From Alkalispirochaeta sp. (GTDB taxonomy: Bacteria > Spirochaetota > Spirochaetia > DSM-27196 > Alkalispirochaetaceae), in the NCBI GenBank assembly GCA_965601925.1, contig OZ271854.1, positions 3,200,001 to 3,264,000 of the forward strand: a stretch of DNA of 64,000 nucleotides, read 5' to 3'. The notes below the pieces were generated by a model. It was not told the DNA's origin and searched no databases. It saw nothing but the letters and a program-made list of their open reading frames with translations. Both the position numbers and the translations under genes were made by a program. Positions 10,190 to 19,482 of this stretch are shown here, piece by piece. The number at the start of each line of letters is the position of its first letter. Position 1 is the first letter of the stretch.

Positions 10190-11158
10190 ATGTTCAAGTA
10201 CGCCATCATTACCGGGTTTCTCGGAGAGACCAAAGATCGATTCCATACCTACAACGGCCCCATATCCTTGGAAGAGAAGTTTCGGCAGGTGGCGTCGATA
10301 CCGCACTACAGCGGTGTGGAGGTCGTCTATCCCTACGAGGTGGGACCCGCCGAGGAGGTGGTCGCAACCGCCGACGGGACCGGCGTTTCGTTCGCCGCGG
10401 TTAACGTCAATATTAAGGGCGAGCCGGAGTTCGTCTCCGGGAGCGTAACCTCCCCCGACCCCGCGATTCGTGCCAAGGCGGTTCGGTTCATTCGAGAGGC
10501 AAAGGACTACGCCCACCAAGTCGGTGCGCCCCGCGTCACCTGCTGTCCTCTGGGGGACGGGTTCGAGTTCATATTCCAGGAAGACTATCGCTCGGCGTGG
10601 ACGCGCCTCGTCGATTGCTTCGGCGAAGCGGCCGAATATCGGCCGGAGATACCGCTTTTGATCGAGTATAAGCCGAAGGAGACGCGACGGCACTGTTATC
10701 TCAATCGTGCCGCAGACACGCTCGTATTGGTGAAGGATATCCGCAACGGGGCGTTGGGTATCACGATGGACTACGGCCATTCGATCTACGCCGGCGAACA
10801 CCCGGCCGAGACGCTGAGTATGCTCCACTACTCGGGCCATCCGTACTATGTGCACATCAACGACAACGACAAGACGTGGGATTGGGACTTCTTCACCGGC
10901 AGCCACACCTTTTTGGAGTACGTCGAGTTCGTGTACTACCTGAAGAGGTACGGCTACGAGGACTTCCTTACTTCGGACACGCACCCCACGCGCTGGTCGA
11001 CGGCTCATATGTTTGCGATTAATGCGCGTGTTACCGAGAAGGTCAGCCGCCTGCTCGATACGATCGGCCTGAAGGAGATCCAAACCCACATCGAGGGGCG
11101 CGACTATATGGAGACGTGGCGTTTTATCGAGACGCGGATTCTGCGTCTCGTCGACTGA
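10190..11158 (+). CDS. Xylose isomerase-like TIM-barrel sugar isomerase/epimerase
   Basis: IEYKPKE, MDYGH, HINDN..WDWD metal motifs; GGAGGAG SD before ATG 10190. Confidence 0.88.
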   Translation: MFKYAIITGFLGETKDRFHTYNGPISLEEKFRQVASIPHYSGVEVVYPYEVGPAEEVVATADGTGVSFAAVNVNIKGEPEFVSGSVTSPDPAIRAKAVRFIREAKDYAHQVGAPRVTCCPLGDGFEFIFQEDYRSAWTRLVDCFGEAAEYRPEIPLLIEYKPKETRRHCYLNRAADTLVLVKDIRNGALGITMDYGHSIYAGEHPAETLSMLHYSGHPYYVHINDNDKTWDWDFFTGSHTFLEYVEFVYYLKRYGYEDFLTSDTHPTRWSTAHMFAINARVTEKVSRLLDTIGLKEIQTHIEGRDYMETWRFIETRILRLVD

Positions 11159-11301
11159 TTTCGCTATCCACGTGCGACCGTCCGAGATATCGCGACGGTC
11201 GCCTCTTTTACTAAATCGACCCTTCACAAAGATATGCGTCTCACCTTTCCTCCGTGTCCCGCGATCGATATAATCGATGATGCGGGACAACGGACATTGT
11301 C

Positions 11302-11709
11302 ATGAAACTGATCGTTTTTGTGCTTAATCGTGAAGAATTGCTCGAACGCGTGCTCGAGGCGTATGTTGAGGCGGGCGTCGTCGGCGCGACGATTCTCGAC
11401 TCCGAAGGGATGGGACGATTTCTGACCTACGAGGTGCCGCTCTTTGCGGACTTCAAGGAGTTCATGAAGGGCAACAAGCCGTACAACAAGACGATTCTTT
11501 CCGTCGTCGAGGACGAGGAGTGCATTCCGCGCTTACGCTCGATTCTGGACGAGGTGTGCGGCGGGCTGAGCTCGCCGGGTACGGGAATACTCTTCACGGT
11601 GCCGGTCGACTTCGCGGTAGGGCTCGTCGGACAGAGCGACGGCGACGAGCGTTCGGCCGCAACCGAGATAGATGCAACACCGACACCCCATGGAGGTTCT
11701 CATGGCTGA
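11302..11709 (+). CDS. PII-like (GlnB-fold) protein
   Basis: MKLIVFV, GATILDSEGMG, GTGILFTVPV pattern of non-canonical PII proteins. Confidence 0.72.
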   Translation: MKLIVFVLNREELLERVLEAYVEAGVVGATILDSEGMGRFLTYEVPLFADFKEFMKGNKPYNKTILSVVEDEECIPRLRSILDEVCGGLSSPGTGILFTVPVDFAVGLVGQSDGDERSAATEIDATPTPHGGSHG

Positions 11710-12166
11710 TATGCTCTCTACAATTCTCGATGTGAATGCGATTTCCCTCGACCTCAAGGCGAAGAAGAAGCCCGATATCATTCGCGAGCTGGTGGAGATT
11801 CTCGGTGCGTCCGGCGCAGTGCGCGACGTCGATTCGGTCACGGCGGAGGTGATCGCCAGAGAGGAGCTCGCTACCACCGGCGTCGGGAACGGGATCGCCA
11901 TTCCCCATTGCCTCTCCACCGAGGTGAGCGGCACGGCACTCGCCTTCGGGCGACGTGTTCCCGGCGCGAAGTTCGACGCCGTCGACCGACAACCGGTACA
12001 GCTGTTCTTCTTGATGGTGGGACTACCGGGATCGCACAACGAGCATCTCCGTCTTTTGAGTAAACTCTCGCGTTATTTATACGATCCCGACACCAAAGCG
12101 AGGCTCCTCGCCGCGCCGACACCCGAGGAGGTGGTGGCGATCTTTGCCGGCCGGGAAGGGGCGTAA
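11702..12166 (+). CDS. PTS IIA component (fructose/Ntr type, PtsN-like)
   Basis: REELATTGVGNGIAIPH phospho-His motif; HLRLLSKL. Confidence 0.9.
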   Translation: MADMLSTILDVNAISLDLKAKKKPDIIRELVEILGASGAVRDVDSVTAEVIAREELATTGVGNGIAIPHCLSTEVSGTALAFGRRVPGAKFDAVDRQPVQLFFLMVGLPGSHNEHLRLLSKLSRYLYDPDTKARLLAAPTPEEVVAIFAGREGA

Positions 12167-12678
12167 TGCAGCGCGCTTTCCGATGGAACGCCGTACGGCT
12201 CATACTCACGACGTTGTATCTTTGGCTCGGATGGGTGTTATTCACCTGGTCGGTAGCGATCGACACCCTGGCATTGGGGCTGATCCAGAGCGCAATCGTG
12301 GCGATGCTTATGTGGCCGGTGTTCATCGAGGAGGACGAGGCCGCCAGACGGTCGCTGGTCCCGCACATCCATTTTCTGTTGGTGTATCTGGTGTTGCTCA
12401 TCTTCCAGATGTACGTGGCGAGCTTTCGTGTGCTGTGGCAGATTATTCGCGGGCGGATCGATCCGGGAGTGGTCCACTTTCGCACGCGTCTGCGAACCGA
12501 CATTGCGCGAGTGGCCCTCGCCAACTCGATCACCCTCACTCCCGGCACGATCACCCTCTTTCTCGACGACGATCACCTGATCGTGCATTGGCTCGACGCG
12601 CGTACGACGCATTCACGATACGCCAGTACCCTCGTGGCTGAGCCGTTCGAGCGAGTCCTGCGGCGGATCTGGGCATAA
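12166..12678 (+). CDS. mrpE: Mrp/Mnh Na+/H+ antiporter subunit E
   Basis: IDPGVV, LANSITLTPGT, LIVHWL. Confidence 0.92.
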   Translation: MQRAFRWNAVRLILTTLYLWLGWVLFTWSVAIDTLALGLIQSAIVAMLMWPVFIEEDEAARRSLVPHIHFLLVYLVLLIFQMYVASFRVLWQIIRGRIDPGVVHFRTRLRTDIARVALANSITLTPGTITLFLDDDHLIVHWLDARTTHSRYASTLVAEPFERVLRRIWA

Positions 12679-12693
12679 AGGGATTAACGTTTC

Positions 12694-12954
12694 GTGGATC
12701 AGATGCTGCAGTACGCCGTGTGGTTCTTTCTGGGATCGATTCTGGTGAGCATGATTCGCGTCCTCATCGGCCCGACGACCGCGGATCGGATGATCGGTCT
12801 CAATATGGTCTCCGCGCAGATCCTCGCCGTCTTGGTCCTTCAGGCGGTGCGCGAGGGACGCAGCAGCTTTTTGGACGTTGCGTTGGTGTACGATATCTTC
12901 GGCTTCATCGGAATTCTGGCGATGGTTCGATACTTCGGAAGGAGGCGGACGTGA
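12694..12954 (+). CDS. mrpF: Mrp/Mnh subunit F
   Basis: RVLIGPTTADR, LDVALV. Confidence 0.9.
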   Translation: MDQMLQYAVWFFLGSILVSMIRVLIGPTTADRMIGLNMVSAQILAVLVLQAVREGRSSFLDVALVYDIFGFIGILAMVRYFGRRRT

Positions 12955-13283
12955 ACTGGGGAGTGGTGTTCTTTCTCGGTCTGGGAGTGATCTTCGGCAT
13001 TATGGGCAATCTGGGTGTGTTGATCTTTCCCGACACCTACACGCGACTCCACGCATCGTCCACCGCGAGTACCTCGTCGGTCTTTTCGGTGTTCGTCGCC
13101 TGTATGTTCGCCGCCGGCTGGAGTCCCATGACCGGTAAGATTCTCGTCATCGCCCTCTTTTTTTTCATAACCAACCCTATTTCGTCCCACCTCATTGCAC
13201 GCTACGCGTGGGAGCGCGGCGTCGTACCGTGGCGACGCAGTTTCGCCGAGCGCCGGATGCTTCATGAGGAGAACGATGACTGA
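12951..13283 (+). CDS. mrpG: Mrp/Mnh subunit G
   Basis: FPDTYTRLHA, TNPISSH; GTG 12951 overlaps the mrpF stop. Confidence 0.9.
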   Translation: MNWGVVFFLGLGVIFGIMGNLGVLIFPDTYTRLHASSTASTSSVFSVFVACMFAAGWSPMTGKILVIALFFFITNPISSHLIARYAWERGVVPWRRSFAERRMLHEENDD

Positions 13284-13521
13284 GGCGTTGTTGATCGTGC
13301 TTATCGTCCTTGCCGGCTTGTCCCTTGCGACGCGTGACCTCCTGACGTCTGTGATTTTGGTCAGCGTCTTCAGTCTGGTGAGCTGTCTCTTTTTCTTTAT
13401 CCTCGGCGCTCCCGATGTGGCGCTTACCGAGGCGGCGGTCGGGACGGGAATCGGAAGCGTCGTCTTCATCTGGATCGTACGTAAAACCGAGCGCGGGAGG
13501 CGGCGTGATACGAGTCGTTGA
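13276..13521 (+). CDS. Mrp subunit, DUF4040/MbhD-like
   Basis: APDVALTEAAVGTG motif. Confidence 0.88.
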   Translation: MTEALLIVLIVLAGLSLATRDLLTSVILVSVFSLVSCLFFFILGAPDVALTEAAVGTGIGSVVFIWIVRKTERGRRRDTSR

Positions 13522-13756
13522 GATCGTAGCGATCCTGGTGGTCGTCCTCTTTCTCGCGTTGTTGCTCGGCGGACCCTTTCCGACCGAGACGCCGTTACGC
13601 TCCTACGTCGTGGAGCGAGGTGTTGAGGAGACCGGTGCGGTCAATCTGGTTACGGCGATCTATCTGGGATACCGCGCCTTCGACACCCTCGGCGAGACGG
13701 TCGTGCTGATGTTGGCGGTCTCCGGCGTAATATTTTTCGTGGAGCGCTCAAAATGA
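13505..13756 (+). CDS. Mrp subunit, MbhE-like
   Basis: TGAVNLVTAIYLGYRAFDTLGE motif; start GTG 13505. Confidence 0.86.
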   Translation: MIRVVEIVAILVVVLFLALLLGGPFPTETPLRSYVVERGVEETGAVNLVTAIYLGYRAFDTLGETVVLMLAVSGVIFFVERSK

Positions 13757-14175
13757 TGCGGAAAACCGACATCGTAGACGTCACCGCACGTAAGCTCGCC
13801 CCGTATATGTTTCTCTTCGGTCTGTATTTGGTGAGCTACGGCGACACCTCTCCGGGCGGCGGCTTTCAAGGCGGCGTCGTTATCGCCTCCGGTGTGATTC
13901 TGCTGGCTATGGCGCGTGACGTGACCGCTACCGAGCGCCTCTTTCCGACCCACCGTCTCACGGCGGCGGAGACGGTCGCGTTCGGGGTTTTTTTGGTCGC
14001 CGGTGTCGTCGGAATGGCCGTCGGAGTCGGCTTTTTGGGCGATTTCGCCGGGCGCGGTGAGCTCACCGACGTGGTTCCGGCGGCGCGATTCATCTTTCTG
14101 CTCAACTTGGCGATCGGCATTAAGGTCGCTGCCGGGGCGAGTCTCATCTGCATGCACCTGTTCAGGGAACGCTGA
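13753..14175 (+). CDS. mrpB: Mrp/Mnh subunit B
   Basis: SPGGGFQGG motif. Confidence 0.9.
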   Translation: MMRKTDIVDVTARKLAPYMFLFGLYLVSYGDTSPGGGFQGGVVIASGVILLAMARDVTATERLFPTHRLTAAETVAFGVFLVAGVVGMAVGVGFLGDFAGRGELTDVVPAARFIFLLNLAIGIKVAAGASLICMHLFRER

Positions 14176-14176
14176 C

Positions 14177-14515
14177 ATGGCGTGGTATCTCATCGGGGCG
14201 ATCTTCGTCATCGGGCTGTGGGGCGTCATCGCGCAGAACAACCTCGTAAAAAAGGTCGTCGCCCTCAGTATCGCCAACAGTGCGATCATCATGCTCTTCG
14301 TCTACTACGCCTCCCTCTCGGGGCCGGATGCGCCGATTATGGACGCCGCCGGTGTACCTGCGGATCCCATCCCCCACGCCCTGATGCTTACCGCAATCGT
14401 TGTGGGGATTTGCATCGTGGCCCTCGCGTTGGCATTGGTGTACGTGCTCTACCAACGGTACGGTACCTTGGACATGGACGAGATCGAGGATCTCGTGTGG
14501 GGGAACGATGACTGA
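14177..14515 (+). CDS. mrpC: Mrp/Mnh subunit C
   Basis: NLVKKVVAL, DPIPHALMLTAIVVG, YGTLD. Confidence 0.92.
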   Translation: MAWYLIGAIFVIGLWGVIAQNNLVKKVVALSIANSAIIMLFVYYASLSGPDAPIMDAAGVPADPIPHALMLTAIVVGICIVALALALVYVLYQRYGTLDMDEIEDLVWGNDD

Positions 14516-16211
14516 GCCGGTTCTCCTAATCCTCCTCCCCCTAGTAGGGTCACTCGCGGCCCTCGCCGGTAAACTTCTGCCGGCGCGTCGTACCTTCACC
14601 GTTCTGGCGCTGCTTCCGTTGGGGGTAATGGGGATCGTCCTCGTTCGACAGCTTCCGGCGGTCACCGCCGGCGAGGTGTTGCGCTACGCCCTCGGCGGAT
14701 ACGCCGAAGGGCCCGGTATCACCCTCGTCCTCGACGGCCCGGCCTGGCTCGCATCGATGCTCATCGTCATTATCTCGTCATTGGTGGCGATCTACTCCCT
14801 CGAGCGCGATGAGTTCGACTTGCGCTATTTATTCTTCCTCCTGATGCTCATCGCCGGTATGGAGACGGTCGTGCTTACCGGCGACATCTTTACCATGTTC
14901 GTCGGCTTTGAGGTCGTGGCGCTCTCCGCGTACGTATTGATCGCCTGGGAACGAAGTAGCGAGGGGCTTCTCGCGAGCCTCAAGTATCTCTTTCTCAGCT
15001 CCGTGGGCATTCTCTTCTTTCTTCTCGGTGTGTTCGTTGTGTACCGAGACATGGGAACCCTCTCCCTCGCCGGCATTACCGAGTATGTGAATGGACTGCA
15101 CGGATTCGGCGGTATCGAGCGTGGAATCGGACCGGATGCCGTGTTCGGCGGTTTCGCCGGCGGCTCGATTCCCTTTGCCCTGGCGGCGCTGTGCGTCGGC
15201 ATCGGCGTCAGAACGGCGTTTATTCCCTTCCACACGTGGCTACCTGAGGCGCACGCGTGGGCTCCCCATCCCGTCTCCGCGTTGTTGTCCGGTGTGTTGA
15301 TAAAGATATCCTTCTTCGTCATGTTTCGGATTCTCGCGGTGTTCGGCGCATTTCACCTCTATCCGATGTTGATGTGGCTCGGCTCAATCACCGCCTTGGT
15401 CGCGGTGGGGTGGGCGCTGGCGCAGAGCGACGCCAAGCGGCTTCTGGCGTATCACTCCATCTCTCAAATGGGCTACATTCTTGCTGCGGCGGGAGCCCTG
15501 TCGACCTTCTCCGTTCCCGCCGCCTATACGCACGCGATTAACCACGCGGTGTTCAAGAGTTTGCTCTTTTTGGCGGCGGGACACGCGATTCATCTGACCG
15601 GGGAGCGCAATTTGTTCCGCATCGGCCCGTTGGGGCGCCGCTCTCCCCTGGTCGCCGCGGCCCTGGTCGTCGGTGCGTTATCGATTTCGGGCATACCGCC
15701 GTTCAACGGATTCGTGAGCAAGCAACTCATCTCCGAGGCGCTGTACGGGTCGCCGGCGTATATCCTCTTGCGCATTACCGCGGTGGGGACGACGGCGTCG
15801 TTCATCAAGTTGTCGCGTATTGCCCTTCCCGGTCCGTATCTCGCCGCGGGCGAGCCCCTACATAACGACCACCGCTCGGCGGCGACCGCAGTTCCCCTCG
15901 TGGTCTTGAGCGCTCTGGCCCTCGTTACCGGGGTGGCGGGATCGGCGTACACACGGTTTGTATGGCGCGTCGTCGGAGGGGAGGCGATACGCGGCGGTGC
16001 GACGCCGGCTATGCCCTCCTTTTTTGCGTGGGACAAGCTGGCCGACAGCGTCCTCATACTGATCCTCGGCGTCGCTACGTATCTCTTTGTGATGACTCCG
16101 ACCGGCAAGCGTATCTCCCACTCCGTGCGACGGATCGCGCCGCACCTGAGAGCGGTCCTCATCTTCTTCGTCTTCGGTCTGGCGCTCTTTTCGGTCGCGG
16201 CGCTGTTGTAA
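14508..16211 (+). CDS. mrpD: Mrp/Mnh subunit D (antiporter-like)
   Basis: TGDIFTMFVGFE, PFHTWLPEAH, KRLLAYHSISQMG, HAINHAVFK, GIPPFNGFVSK; start ATG 14508. Confidence 0.92.
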   Translation: MTEPVLLILLPLVGSLAALAGKLLPARRTFTVLALLPLGVMGIVLVRQLPAVTAGEVLRYALGGYAEGPGITLVLDGPAWLASMLIVIISSLVAIYSLERDEFDLRYLFFLLMLIAGMETVVLTGDIFTMFVGFEVVALSAYVLIAWERSSEGLLASLKYLFLSSVGILFFLLGVFVVYRDMGTLSLAGITEYVNGLHGFGGIERGIGPDAVFGGFAGGSIPFALAALCVGIGVRTAFIPFHTWLPEAHAWAPHPVSALLSGVLIKISFFVMFRILAVFGAFHLYPMLMWLGSITALVAVGWALAQSDAKRLLAYHSISQMGYILAAAGALSTFSVPAAYTHAINHAVFKSLLFLAAGHAIHLTGERNLFRIGPLGRRSPLVAAALVVGALSISGIPPFNGFVSKQLISEALYGSPAYILLRITAVGTTASFIKLSRIALPGPYLAAGEPLHNDHRSAATAVPLVVLSALALVTGVAGSAYTRFVWRVVGGEAIRGGATPAMPSFFAWDKLADSVLILILGVATYLFVMTPTGKRISHSVRRIAPHLRAVLIFFVFGLALFSVAALL

Positions 16212-16346
16212 GCCGACGCGCGGCGCGCCGATATCGACCGCACACTCGTCTCAACGATGCACCTCGCGACCCTCCGCCCGCCTTCGGTGCGCCCCATTTT
16301 TGCAGTCGAGGGTCCGTTTTACTAAGCTTTGGGTGGGAGGCTACGA

Positions 16347-16760
16347 ATGCCGGGCACAAAGAGCACGCCACGTACCGATCGGATTCCGATACTGGATATG
16401 TCCGATACGATCTCGTTGATTCCGATGGTAGGGATCATAGACTCCACCCGATCTCAGTTCCTCATGGAGAGTACGCTCGACTCGATCCAAAAAAAGAGCA
16501 AGCAGGTCGTGATCGTCGATATTCTCGGCATCGCGACGGTCGACAGCGCCGTGGCCGCGCACCTGATCAAGCTCTCGAATGCGACGCGCCTTATGGGGTG
16601 CGAGACGATCATATCGGGTATCTCTCCGGAAATAGCGCAAACGATGGTCAATTTGGGTATCTCCCTCAAAGATATGCAAACGACGAACAGCTTGAAGAAT
16701 GCGATTCTCGCAGCCTACCGGAAGGTCGGTCTGCGTCTCGCGCCGGTCGATGACAATTAA
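16347..16760 (+). CDS. RsbR-like STAS protein lacking an N-terminal sensor domain
   Basis: PMVGIIDSTR, VDILGIATVDSAVA, ISGISPEIAQTMVNLG. Confidence 0.88.
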   Translation: MPGTKSTPRTDRIPILDMSDTISLIPMVGIIDSTRSQFLMESTLDSIQKKSKQVVIVDILGIATVDSAVAAHLIKLSNATRLMGCETIISGISPEIAQTMVNLGISLKDMQTTNSLKNAILAAYRKVGLRLAPVDDN

Positions 16761-17088
16761 CGGCGGGTATTGGATCGACAACGTCTTTGTGGTGCGTCTC
16801 AGACCGGAGGATTTTGCCGAACCCGATATGCCCGTGTCACTCCTGCGCGCCGTGCAACGTCGCGAAGCCACCCGATTGGTGATCGATGTGGCCGAGATCG
16901 ATCTGCTTCACTCGTTGGACGTGAAAGTGCTGGAGGACACCTCGACGTTGTGTCGCATCAGCGGAATCCGAGCCGTCGTGGCGTGCGTCTCCCCGCATCA
17001 CGCGGCGATACTCGTCAACTTTGTAGAGACGTTCGGATTTGAGTGTACCTCGTCGATCGATAGAGCCGTGTATGCCCTACAACGTTAG
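16750..17088 (+). CDS. RsbS-like STAS protein
   Basis: LVIDVAEIDLLHS STAS pattern; lies between RsbR and RsbT homologues. Confidence 0.72.
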   Translation: MTINGGYWIDNVFVVRLRPEDFAEPDMPVSLLRAVQRREATRLVIDVAEIDLLHSLDVKVLEDTSTLCRISGIRAVVACVSPHHAAILVNFVETFGFECTSSIDRAVYALQR

Positions 17089-17446
17089 AACGCTCGAAGA
17101 CGTTGCGGCGGGGCTCGCCCAAATCGAGGCGACGTTGGCGGAGTGGAGTTTCCCGAAAAGGACGCGCGTCGACGTGCTTACGATCTGTTCGGAGTTAATG
17201 TACAACGCCGTCGCCCACGCAGAGGACGGGGCGATCGAGGTCGAACGGGCGGAGGGAGCCGTCGAGATCGTCGCATCGGACCGCGGTGCCGGGCTGCCTC
17301 CGATCTCTAAGGTGTTTGCCGACGGCTGGAGTACGGGATCGTCGTTGGGCATCGGGCTCCCGGGCGTTTTGCGAATATGCGATGAGTTGTTCGTCAGCAC
17401 GTCGGGCACGGGGACTCACATCCGTGCTCTGGTGAGGACCGAATGA
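17072..17446 (+). CDS. rsbT: RsbT-like Ser/Thr kinase
   Basis: SELMYNAVAHA, DRGAG, GWSTGSSLGIGLPGV. Confidence 0.87.
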   Translation: MPYNVRTLEDVAAGLAQIEATLAEWSFPKRTRVDVLTICSELMYNAVAHAEDGAIEVERAEGAVEIVASDRGAGLPPISKVFADGWSTGSSLGIGLPGVLRICDELFVSTSGTGTHIRALVRTE

Positions 17447-19482
17447 TCGGCGTTGCCGCGGCGGTGGTGCCGTACCGGTCTCCGGAGACGTGCGGCGACT
17501 TTTTTTTTCATAAGGGCGGTAGCTCCCACGATCTCATCGTCGTCGGGGACGTCGGGGGACACGGGTCGCCCGACCTTCCGCGGATCGCAGAGGAGTGCAA
17601 AGAGACGATACTTCACCACCGCGAGGAGGACCTGCGGCGCATCGTGCCGGAGGTCGACCGCCTCACGAGTCTGAAAAAGACGGGGCTCGTCCTGTGCGTC
17701 GCGCGATTCCACCACCGATTGGCACTCTTTGAGTACGTCGCCGTCGGCAACCTCAAGCTCTATCTGGTGCGCGACGGCACGGCACGACAACAGCCGATTC
17801 AAGAGGGAATCGTCGGTTACACACTTCCTTCGAGTCTCGGCGTCAACGCCATAAAGACGGCCCGCGACGATACCCTGTTGGTGATCTCCGACGGAATATC
17901 GGTACGGGAACGGTGGCTCAACTCGTTGCCGTGGTCCGGCGCATCGTTCGACGAGCTGTTGTCCGAGTTAACCAAGCCGGAGCACGCGAACGACGACGAT
18001 CGCATTGCGCTGCTCATACGGCCGCGCGTCGACGAGGGTGCAGCCGTACCTCGCGTCCTTGCCGATGAGCCTCTGCGCCCGAAGAGCGACGGGTACGACG
18101 AGGGGGATGCTTCGACGCCGTCCGACCTCCTCGACGAGTACCCCTCGACGCCCGACGACCCCACCGACCGCCGAGTGTCGGCGGAGGGCGCGGCGATCAC
18201 CGATCCCCCCGACGATACCGCCTCGGCACCGACCCGCCGCGAAGTCCCGTCCGTGAGCGCCCGCCGGCCGCACCGGGAGTTGAGTCCGTCGGCGACGCAC
18301 GGCGCGGGGGTGGACGCGTTCATCGAGCGTGTTAACAACGAGAGCCGTATCGACGAGTCGCGCTTGGACTGGGAGTGGCTGGTGTTGACACCCGCTCACT
18401 ACCACCGACGGCTCTCATCCAACGTTCGCCGATTCGTCGATGAGCTGGGCGTGGAGCCCCGTAGGGCGCGCAAATGTACGGCGGTCGTCTTGGAGCTGTT
18501 GTCAACCGCCCATACGATTCGATTGTTCCTGTCGTCTACGATGGTGACGATCCTGATAGATTTGTCTCCTGCGGATATCGGGAAGTTCGTTCCCCTCGCC
18601 GACACTGCGCTGCTCATTCGCGGTGCCGACGACCTTCGGGTGTGTCTGGGGTATTTCCTGTCCAATCCGATCGACGTCGACGACGCGACGTGGACCACCT
18701 ATCGAGAACTCCTTCAAAAGGATATCGACTACGACAGCTTCATAAAGATCAAAAAAAACGAGGTCGAAGTTACCAAGTTGCAACAGCAGGCCAAGATGGC
18801 CTCCATCGGCGAGATGATCGGGAACATCGCTCACCAGTGGCGCCAGCCCATCAATGCTCTCGGTTTGTACAACGCGGCGTTGCTTCGCAAACACGCCGTC
18901 AGCGGCCTGGACGACCAGACGATGCAGACCTTTGCGGAAAAGTCCGACGCGCTGATCCAGAGCATGAATCGTACGATCGAAGCGTTCCGCGATTTTTTTC
19001 GCCCCGATAAGAGAAAGGGCGAGTTCGACGTGAGTGATGCGGTCTCCAAGGCGGTCTCCTTTGTCGAGGCCGCGTACGTCGCGCACGGCATCGTCGCTAC
19101 ATTCGAGCCCGATCCGATGCTCGATATGCGCATCTCGGGATTCGAAAACGAGTTGTTACAAGTGTTGGTAAACATCCTCAACAACGCGAAAGACGCCATC
19201 GTGCATAACCACGTCGTCGAGGGACGCGTCGGAGTCACCCTCGGATTCGCCGGCGGCGATGTGCGGATTGCGATTTGCGATAACGGCGGCGGAATCCCGG
19301 ATGAGGTATTGGACAAGATATACGAGCCGTACTTCACGACGAAGTTCCAGAGCGAAGGCACCGGACTGGGACTCTACATGAGCAAGATGCTCATGGAGCG
19401 GTCGATGCGGGGGAGTATTCGCATCCAAAATCGCGGCGACGGGGCGTGCTGCGAGTTGTCCATGCCGACGGGGAGGTCATAG
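17443..19482 (+). CDS. Fusion of an RsbX-like PP2C phosphatase and a histidine kinase
   Basis: N-terminus CGD, DVGGHG, SDG, DD; C-terminus IAHQWRQP H-box, NILNNAKDA, DNGGG, GTGLGL. Confidence 0.87.
   Translation: MIGVAAAVVPYRSPETCGDFFFHKGGSSHDLIVVGDVGGHGSPDLPRIAEECKETILHHREEDLRRIVPEVDRLTSLKKTGLVLCVARFHHRLALFEYVAVGNLKLYLVRDGTARQQPIQEGIVGYTLPSSLGVNAIKTARDDTLLVISDGISVRERWLNSLPWSGASFDELLSELTKPEHANDDDRIALLIRPRVDEGAAVPRVLADEPLRPKSDGYDEGDASTPSDLLDEYPSTPDDPTDRRVSAEGAAITDPPDDTASAPTRREVPSVSARRPHRELSPSATHGAGVDAFIERVNNESRIDESRLDWEWLVLTPAHYHRRLSSNVRRFVDELGVEPRRARKCTAVVLELLSTAHTIRLFLSSTMVTILIDLSPADIGKFVPLADTALLIRGADDLRVCLGYFLSNPIDVDDATWTTYRELLQKDIDYDSFIKIKKNEVEVTKLQQQAKMASIGEMIGNIAHQWRQPINALGLYNAALLRKHAVSGLDDQTMQTFAEKSDALIQSMNRTIEAFRDFFRPDKRKGEFDVSDAVSKAVSFVEAAYVAHGIVATFEPDPMLDMRISGFENELLQVLVNILNNAKDAIVHNHVVEGRVGVTLGFAGGDVRIAICDNGGGIPDEVLDKIYEPYFTTKFQSEGTGLGLYMSKMLMERSMRGSIRIQNRGDGACCELSMPTGRS

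Noticed and set aside
12166..16211. Membrane-bound [NiFe] hydrogenase (Mbh)
   Set aside because: No catalytic or Fe-S subunits follow mrpD
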